Position numbers and translations under genes: made by a program. The notes under the pieces were generated by a model. That model did not search any database, was not told the origin of the DNA, and was given only the letters and a program-made list of their open reading frames with translations. From NCBI GenBank assembly GCA_017992885.1, contig JAGONT010000010.1, positions 5,488 to 69,487 on the forward strand: a stretch of 64,000 nt of DNA, read 5' to 3'. This DNA is from Alphaproteobacteria bacterium. GTDB lineage: Bacteria > Pseudomonadota > Alphaproteobacteria > UBA9655. This document shows positions 57,529-64,000 of the stretch, piece by piece. Position 1 is the first letter of the stretch. Every line of letters begins with the position of its first letter.

Positions 57529-58197
57529 CTAAGCCGCCAAATGGCTTTCTATAGGAAATTTTGTTGTTCGATTTTCTACTTGGATTTTCGGGAGCTTTAT
57601 TTTGAAAGATAAAACACCATGAAATAAGCCACTCATAGATTCGTGTGGCTTAACCTCAAACACGTAAGGCCAGCATCCCATAACTTCGGTACAGAGGTAT
57701 TCACCTGGTTCTAACATCATGTATAAGAAGTCAGTTTTTTCTTTCGTCCCAAACTCAACAAGCTTCTTATAAAGATTTCGATAAAAAGTTTCGAAAAAGA
57801 ATTCAAAATGCCGCGAAAAACAATTATGTTCCTCTCGGAGAAAGAGGGTACATATCCAAATTTCTTTCTTTTTTGATGCGAAGGTGTTTATGCTTTTTTG
57901 AATTCCTTTATGAAGAAAACTTGCCTTTTGTTTAAGTAGTACAGCACCTCCATAAAACCTTTTTGATTCATCCATAAACACAATAACTGTAGCATTTGCA
58001 ATATCTTGAAAAGACTTCTTAAAAATGGAATGGCTGTTGATAAGCTCTTTTACTGAACTTAGAAAAATTGGATGAAAAGGATGATCTTTTGGCTCAATGA
58101 CAGTGAACATAAAATTCCCTTTTCTATCAATTAAAATTCTTGAAGATATGGTATCTAAAAGAACTACTTTTAAATTTCTAGTTAGAAACTTATTCAA
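57529..58197 (-). CDS. Hypothetical protein, second member of the family seen at 47838-48368; divergent from the LuxR-HTH gene
   Basis: Blocks VIEPKDH, NATVIVFMDESKRFYGGAVLLKQ, TDFLYMMLEPGEYL, GLFHGVLSF. A probable internal Met start (MFTVIEPKDH) would shorten it to about 190 aa. Confidence 0.55.
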   Translation of the reverse strand: MNKFLTRNLKVVLLDTISSRILIDRKGNFMFTVIEPKDHPFHPIFLSSVKELINSHSIFKKSFQDIANATVIVFMDESKRFYGGAVLLKQKASFLHKGIQKSINTFASKKKEIWICTLFLREEHNCFSRHFEFFFETFYRNLYKKLVEFGTKEKTDFLYMMLEPGEYLCTEVMGCWPYVFEVKPHESMSGLFHGVLSFKIKLPKIQVENRTTKFPIESHLAA

Positions 58198-58374
58198 AAA
58201 ATTTATGCCTACCTATCCTGGGAATACACCTAAGGAGAAGATAGGGGAAATTCCCTTAGATCGGGATCTTAAGAATATACTTGAATATTTTATGTGAGCT
58301 GCTTAATAATAAGAAAAAATCATAAAAATATATATTTTTTATTACATTAAAAAATTAAACAGGTTTTATGGCTA

Positions 58375-61300
58375 ATGAATTTCAATAAAGTTATCTTACC
58401 CCAAGATACATACGCTTCGCGCTTAGAAACAGTGAATAAGGTAAAATTCACACGGAGAGAAATAGACATTATCGCTTATCTTCTCAGCGGAAAATCTGCA
58501 AAAACCATAGCTTCTTGTTTATCAATTTCTCCAAAAACTATTGAAGCTCATATGCGCAACATTACGATGAAGATAGAATGTAATTCGCGCGATGGAATTA
58601 TAGATTTTATAGAAAGTTCTGATAAGCTTTCCTTGATAAAGGAACATTACTTAAGCTTATTGGCGCAAGCAGCTTTTGAAAAACACTTAATCACAGTCTC
58701 TAAGCTGCTTGGCTCTGAACCCCCCGCTTGTGTTATTGTTTCTTGGAAAGAGAACGAATGTCATACTTCCCTCATTCGCTATCTAAACCATCATTTAAGA
58801 CTTACGGGTATTAAAACACTCATTGAAGCTAGAAAAGAGCATTCATTTGTAGCCACCTTCGACAAAGACAGAGAATCCTGGAAAACTAAGTTTGTTCTTT
58901 ATGCCATTTCAGAAACAACGCTAAAGAAACTAGAGAAAGGAGATAATATAAAAAATGAGAAAATCTTTTCATTTCTGCAAAAAATACGCCAATCTTCAAA
59001 CTGTACCATTGCCCTTTTGCCAGATATAAATATTGAAACGGGACTTCAGGAAAAACTAGATGATCTTGGTTTTGTGTATATTTTGAACCAAGAAAATTAC
59101 TATGAATTCTTTTTTGATCTTTTGAAAAAAATATTGCCAAGTTTAGATCTTGAAAGAATTTTTATAGATTTTAAAAAGCAGAATGATCCTCTTGATGGTT
59201 TTCCCGAAACAGTCAATCAAGAACCTTCTCAAGAAGACATTACGTTGGAAAAGCGAGATTTCTTAGATCAAAAAATCTTACGTCTCAATCGTTTTCTTAA
59301 TTTCATAAAAGTGAAAAAGTCTCGTTTGCTTATTGGAAGCATCCTTGGAGTTGGTGTGTTTTGCACTTGGTTTTTGATAAGCAAACAAAAAGTATCATCA
59401 CAAAATCAAGCTCGACAAGAGATTATAGCTGTACGAACTGATCTTAAAGTTCCTACAAAATCTATTCTTCTGGATCGACCTCAACTCATGGCAAAAATAG
59501 AAAACAGTTTAAAAGGACCGAATGAGATTCAAACTGTAGCTCTTGTTGGAATCGGAGGAGCGGGTAAGACAACGATTGCTCGGCACTATGCTCGCAAACA
59601 AAATGCAAATGTAGTATGGGAGCTTAATGCGGAATCAGAAGAGAGCCGCAATGATTCATTTGAAAGTCTTGCTGATGTTTTGTCTAAAACGGAAGAGGAG
59701 AAAAAAAAATTAAGAGAAGTTCAAGACATAAAAGGTGCCAAAGAGAGAGAAGACAAAATTATCTTATTTGTAAGAGACAAATTAAAGCATCTTTCAAATT
59801 GGCTTTTAATTTATGATAACGTAGAAAAATTTACAGATATTCAAAAATATTTCCCTCACGATCCAAGAGCATGGGGGAAAGGGAAGGTTCTTGTCATCAC
59901 AAGAGACAATAATATTGGAAATAACAACCGAATAGATCATACCATTCAAATAGGAGAGTTAACTCCTGAGGAAAAATTATTTCTTTTTACTAATATCATG
60001 AATAATGGTAATTTAAATCAGTTTAATGGCTCTCAAACTGAGCAAAAAACAGAATTTTTGCACAATATACCTCCTTTCCCACTCGATGTCTCTATCGCAG
60101 CGTATTATTTAAAAGCAACAAATGTTCCCTATGAAAAATACTTAGAGCATTTGAAAGAACATCATAAGGAGTTTGCAACTGTCCAGGAAAACGTTCTGAA
60201 AGAAGCTACCGACTATGCAAAAACACGTTATGGAATTATTACACTATCTTTAAAAAATCTTATGGCTACACATACAGATTTTAGAGAACTTCTTCTTTTT
60301 ATTAGTTTATTGGATAATGATAACATTCCTAGAGATTTACTGAATGTGTATAAAAGTGATGTTATCATAGAGAATTTTATATACAATTTAAAAAAATATT
60401 CTTTTGTCACAAATGAGTCTCCTCCTTCGTCTTATTTGCCTTCAACTTTTTCGATTCATAAGAGTACTCAAGAGATAATTTTAGACTATCTTATAAAGAT
60501 GCTAAAAATAGAAAAAGACAACCAATTATTAAATTTGATATCTAATACGTTAGAAAAATATATAAATAATGTAATAACTGATGAAGATCTTGCTCGAATG
60601 AAGCTTCTTGTAAGTCATTGTGAAAACATATTAAAAAAAAATTATTTGTTAAATAATTCTATAAAAGTTTCTATCACAAGCAAGCTTGGATATATCCATT
60701 ATTATTTGAATGACTACATAAAATCGCAAAAACTTCTTGAAGAGAGCCTTGCAAACTTAAATGAACATGCTAGTGAAGATCAGGCTAAGATTGCTTATGT
60801 CCTTATGTATCTAGGTGATGTTTATAGTGAGTTAGGTAATCATGGAAAAGCTAAAGATCTATGTGAGCGGAGCCTAACAATTTACAAGCAACATTTTCCA
60901 AACGACCATGTTGGTGTGGCTCGAGCTTTAGCCTATTTGGGAAATGTACATAGACGATTAGGAGAGTATACGAAAGCACGAGACTTGTGTGAAAAAAGCC
61001 TTGAGATTTATACAAATCATTTTTCTGGAAATCCCACTAAAGTTGCATGGGCTCTAGCTCACTTAGGGATTACTTATAAGAAGCTTAAGGATTATGAAAA
61101 AGCTAAAGATCTTCTTGAAGAAAGTCTGGCAACATATAAAGACAATTTTTCTGAAAATCACCCAAGAGTCGCTTGGGTTTTAGCTCACTTAGGACATGTT
61201 CATTCCAAGCTGGGTAACTATGAAAAGGCTAAAAGTCTACTTGATCACAGCCTTACTATTTATAATAACAATTTCTCTGAAAATCATGTTCGAGTCGCTT

Positions 61301-61755
61301 GGGTTACATCCCTTTTAGCAAGTGTGTATAAGAATTTAGAGAATTATGAAAAATCTAAAAGCTTGTTTGAGCGAAGTCTTTTCCTCTATGAAAAAAATTA
61401 TGGGAAAAATCATATTGAAATCGCTTATATCGTAAGAAGCTTAGGGAAAATTCATCTGTTAACAGGCCAACTAAAAGCTGGTGACAACCTTATCCATACG
61501 GCTTCAAGGATATTTCAACAAAACAAGCACCCAGAAAGTTATAAATCTTTAGAGATATTAGCTAACTTTTATTTGAAATATGCAGTCCATGCACAAAATA
61601 CAGGAGACAGCCAACTATCAAAAAGATATAAGGAGCAAGCCATTTATTATTTAAACCAAATTCAAAAGTTTATAGAAACTCATTTTTCAGAAAATTCGTA
61701 CGAAATTATAAGAGTACAAACTAAAATTAAAGAGCTTGAAAATGAAAATAAATAA
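58375..61755 (+). CDS. LuxR/GerE-type HTH + hydrophobic segment + NB-ARC + kinesin-light-chain-type TPR array (STAND protein)
   Basis: HTH FTRREIDIIAYLLSGKSAKTIASCLSISPKTIEAHMRNITMKI; hydrophobic LLIGSILGVGVFCTWFLI; Walker A GIGGAGKTT; Walker B LLIYDNVE; VITRDN; about 8 tandem 42-aa TPR units from about aa 790. Confidence 0.8.
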   Translation: MNFNKVILPQDTYASRLETVNKVKFTRREIDIIAYLLSGKSAKTIASCLSISPKTIEAHMRNITMKIECNSRDGIIDFIESSDKLSLIKEHYLSLLAQAAFEKHLITVSKLLGSEPPACVIVSWKENECHTSLIRYLNHHLRLTGIKTLIEARKEHSFVATFDKDRESWKTKFVLYAISETTLKKLEKGDNIKNEKIFSFLQKIRQSSNCTIALLPDINIETGLQEKLDDLGFVYILNQENYYEFFFDLLKKILPSLDLERIFIDFKKQNDPLDGFPETVNQEPSQEDITLEKRDFLDQKILRLNRFLNFIKVKKSRLLIGSILGVGVFCTWFLISKQKVSSQNQARQEIIAVRTDLKVPTKSILLDRPQLMAKIENSLKGPNEIQTVALVGIGGAGKTTIARHYARKQNANVVWELNAESEESRNDSFESLADVLSKTEEEKKKLREVQDIKGAKEREDKIILFVRDKLKHLSNWLLIYDNVEKFTDIQKYFPHDPRAWGKGKVLVITRDNNIGNNNRIDHTIQIGELTPEEKLFLFTNIMNNGNLNQFNGSQTEQKTEFLHNIPPFPLDVSIAAYYLKATNVPYEKYLEHLKEHHKEFATVQENVLKEATDYAKTRYGIITLSLKNLMATHTDFRELLLFISLLDNDNIPRDLLNVYKSDVIIENFIYNLKKYSFVTNESPPSSYLPSTFSIHKSTQEIILDYLIKMLKIEKDNQLLNLISNTLEKYINNVITDEDLARMKLLVSHCENILKKNYLLNNSIKVSITSKLGYIHYYLNDYIKSQKLLEESLANLNEHASEDQAKIAYVLMYLGDVYSELGNHGKAKDLCERSLTIYKQHFPNDHVGVARALAYLGNVHRRLGEYTKARDLCEKSLEIYTNHFSGNPTKVAWALAHLGITYKKLKDYEKAKDLLEESLATYKDNFSENHPRVAWVLAHLGHVHSKLGNYEKAKSLLDHSLTIYNNNFSENHVRVAWVTSLLASVYKNLENYEKSKSLFERSLFLYEKNYGKNHIEIAYIVRSLGKIHLLTGQLKAGDNLIHTASRIFQQNKHPESYKSLEILANFYLKYAVHAQNTGDSQLSKRYKEQAIYYLNQIQKFIETHFSENSYEIIRVQTKIKELENENK

Positions 61756-61805
61756 GGAGTAAATAAGATAGTCATGCTGTATATAAAAATAATGAAGGAA
61801 TCTTT

Positions 61806-63425
61806 ATGAAAAATATTTTCAATTCACCTGCTTTATATAGAAAATATATTTTAGAATCCAACAACTTAATTCATTATAATATAACCCCTTATTCAGGGAA
61901 ATCATTTATATGCCTCTTCCTCACTCGATTTTGTGGGGTAGGGTGTCCCTTTTGTTTCTTTAAGTCTCCTCCGAATCAAGGCTCGTCAGACATCCAAGAC
62001 AGTTTTACGGACGAGGGAGTTAATAAATTTATTAAATTTGCCAATGAGGCAAACGTTGGATATTTGCAGATCTCAGGCGGAGGAGAATCTTTTTTGAAGA
62101 AAAAAGCTCTTCTAAGATGTATCTCAGAAGTAAATGCCGATCGCATAATACTTGTAACAAGTGGAGTTTGGGCTGTTAATGAAGATGTGGGAGCAGCCTA
62201 TGTACGAGCCATTGCTTCAGCCATTGAGAAACGAGAGAAACCCACAAGAGTATCGATCCGTCTTAGCATCAGCGAAGGGCATAGTATAAAATTGAACACT
62301 AAACCTCTGATTAATTTACTTAAAATTTTTGAAGAACATTATCGCTTTCACCCCTATCTGACTCTACAACTGAAAACCTTTGAGAAAGACGAAACTCTAT
62401 GGACCTTTCTTAAATCATTATCAGACTACAAATTAGAAGATATAGGGGTGAATGTTTCTGATGATACCCAGGTTAAAAAGGTTATACCTTGGAAAAAGAG
62501 GCTTACATTTCCCTCTGGCTATAGTGTAATTCTCGGCATTTCCAGAGTGTTTAATCCGGGACTCAGGCCTAATTTAAACTCTCCTCATTCTATCGAAGAT
62601 ACAATTAATGTTTATGACCAAGATTTAGAGCAATCTGAAGATGACTTTCCTGCGGTTATTTTTAATTCTGATGGGAGTCGCGGTTTGGATTGGCTTGTTG
62701 AATATAATGGTAATGTTTGTACATGGCAGAACCGTGTCCAAGACAATCCCTTAAATGTCTATGAAGATGATTTCAAGACAACAGCACACCAAACATTCCA
62801 TGATCCCCTTACGCTATCTTATATTGAAAAGGGCTCAAAATATCGGGAGAAAATTATATCTGAGGTTTCTCAAAAGGCCGTTACTCTGATGAAAGCCGTA
62901 AGTGTTCGTGATTACGCAGGAAATTGTCTTTTTGAAGATGAAAAAGTAAGGCTATATTATACGATTCGCACCCTTCAAGATTATATAAAAGACGAAAGAA
63001 TCAATCAGGAAGAGTTAGAGAAGCTCCCCAAGCCGTTGATAAATGTGCTGTACTCAAAAAAAGAAGACATCATAAAATTATTTAAAGAAGCTCAATACTC
63101 TATCGTTGATCAAGAAATAAAAAAAGACCCCAGTCTTATACAATTTAGAGACTTTTTGGAACTTCTCAAGTTGGGACATTTCGATATTTCTCAACAACAA
63201 GTTGATAAAGCAATAGCCTATTATAATGACAGAGCAGAAATTGATGGGAAAATTTCTAACTTAAACGAAATAGCGCCTGCGTTTGGATTAGAGATTGAAA
63301 AACGTCTTACTGACCGAGTTATTCAAATAAAGCCGATGAAAAGGCTTAATCAGCCTCTACACCCTCAAAATTCTCCTAAATTTCATCATAAGAAAGAGAA
63401 TCAAATGTATGCTTCATTGCGCTAA
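61806..63425 (+). CDS. Radical SAM enzyme with a long uncharacterised C-terminal extension
   Basis: CGVGCPFC (CX3CX2C) at aa 43-50 and ISGGGESF SAM-binding motif. No Cys-rich SPASM-like C-terminus is visible. Confidence 0.8.
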   Translation: MKNIFNSPALYRKYILESNNLIHYNITPYSGKSFICLFLTRFCGVGCPFCFFKSPPNQGSSDIQDSFTDEGVNKFIKFANEANVGYLQISGGGESFLKKKALLRCISEVNADRIILVTSGVWAVNEDVGAAYVRAIASAIEKREKPTRVSIRLSISEGHSIKLNTKPLINLLKIFEEHYRFHPYLTLQLKTFEKDETLWTFLKSLSDYKLEDIGVNVSDDTQVKKVIPWKKRLTFPSGYSVILGISRVFNPGLRPNLNSPHSIEDTINVYDQDLEQSEDDFPAVIFNSDGSRGLDWLVEYNGNVCTWQNRVQDNPLNVYEDDFKTTAHQTFHDPLTLSYIEKGSKYREKIISEVSQKAVTLMKAVSVRDYAGNCLFEDEKVRLYYTIRTLQDYIKDERINQEELEKLPKPLINVLYSKKEDIIKLFKEAQYSIVDQEIKKDPSLIQFRDFLELLKLGHFDISQQQVDKAIAYYNDRAEIDGKISNLNEIAPAFGLEIEKRLTDRVIQIKPMKRLNQPLHPQNSPKFHHKKENQMYASLR

Positions 63426-64000
63426 CACTTTTGCTCTCGTGTGTATTATTAATTGTTTTATGGATGTAAGCAATGTTCTCGCTTTAGATAATCACGACCC
63501 CCAGGAATTGAATTCTTCGACTGTATTACATAGTAAAGTTATTGCTGTTGAAGGTATGCCTGGAGCAGGAAAAACTTCTGTGCTTTTCGATATTGCAGAA
63601 GAGCTAGAGGGAACGTGTGTTCTTTTGTCAGAAATGAATTTAGAGCCAAATTCTTCTTGGAAAAAGCTTTCATCTAAAGAGCAAAGTCATATTTTTCATA
63701 ATTTATGGGTTGAAAGGATTGAGGTTCTGAATACGTTTAATAACCCAAAGTTATGTTTTTTACTTGATAGAACATATTTTTCTAATCTCGCTTTTACCTA
63801 TGCCTTAGATTGCATGCAAGGCACACAGCACTACGAAACACATAAAAAGATCTTTAACGAGAGTTTTGGAAATAATAGATTCGACTTGATTCTCATTTTT
63901 GATATTCCTCCTGAAATAGGCCTTCAACGCCGGATTTTGCGAGGAGATAGCATTTCATGGCCTTGGTCTAATCTAGTTTTTTTAAAAGCTATACGGCAAT
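63409..64000 (+). CDS. P-loop nucleoside/nucleotide-kinase-like protein (dNK/dTMP-kinase fold), 3' end outside window
   Basis: Frame open from ATG 63409 (or 63460) to the window end. Motifs IAVEGMPGAGKTS, LLDRTYFS, LILIFDIPPEIGLQRRILRGD. It overlaps the radical SAM stop. Confidence 0.6.
   Translation, partial: MLHCANTFALVCIINCFMDVSNVLALDNHDPQELNSSTVLHSKVIAVEGMPGAGKTSVLFDIAEELEGTCVLLSEMNLEPNSSWKKLSSKEQSHIFHNLWVERIEVLNTFNNPKLCFLLDRTYFSNLAFTYALDCMQGTQHYETHKKIFNESFGNNRFDLILIFDIPPEIGLQRRILRGDSISWPWSNLVFLKAIRQ

Overview
This window appears to be the distal ~56 kb of a conjugative genomic island (ICE-like) plus ~8 kb of flanking accessory DNA. The host is AT-rich. Gene content (F-type tra genes, Sel1 repeats, NB-ARC/TPR proteins, Legionella-like metal pumps) suggests an amoeba-associated intracellular bacterium such as Chlamydiae or Legionellales, but I cannot confirm taxonomy without a search.

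Layout:
- (1) 1-3551: 3' part of a TraA(Ti)-type relaxase/helicase/Toprim-primase fusion.
- (2) 3.6-7 kb: Ada-AlkA repair fusion coupled to an unknown polytopic membrane protein.
- (3) 7-24 kb: heavy-metal cargo mosaic. It holds a MerR/CadR-type regulator with a textbook 19-bp-spacer promoter, two novel Cys-rich paralogs, a CadA/ZntA P-type ATPase, CzcD and CzcCBA. These are interleaved with IS debris, a CusA remnant, a LemA fragment and a deleted second ATPase copy.
- (4) 25-27 kb: Sel1-repeat protein and TPR debris.
- (5) 27.2-45.1 kb: an intact, tightly overlapping minus-strand F-type T4SS operon (traA-L-E-K-B-V-C-peptidase-W-U-trbC-N-F-H-G-D).
- (6) 45.1-49.4 kb: SSB, two paralogous wHTH rep-like proteins with 21-bp tandem repeats, and a divergent Xis(AlpA)/XRE switch.
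- (7) 49.4-55 kb: histidine-kinase-like, NB-ARC/TPR STAND and ATPase-nuclease genes.
- (8) 55682-55728: a tRNA-Lys 3' fragment, the likely att boundary.
- (9) 56-64 kb: Sel1 protein, an unknown paralog, LuxR-HTH/NB-ARC/TPR, radical SAM and P-loop kinase.

Best candidates for something undescribed:
- the STAND / radical-SAM-kinase / ATPase-nuclease cluster flanking the att repeat, which looks like a defence island;
- the CadR-controlled Cys-rich protein pair;
- the possible LuxI-like/LuxR-HTH divergent pair.

All family calls rest on motifs read by eye. No database search was run.
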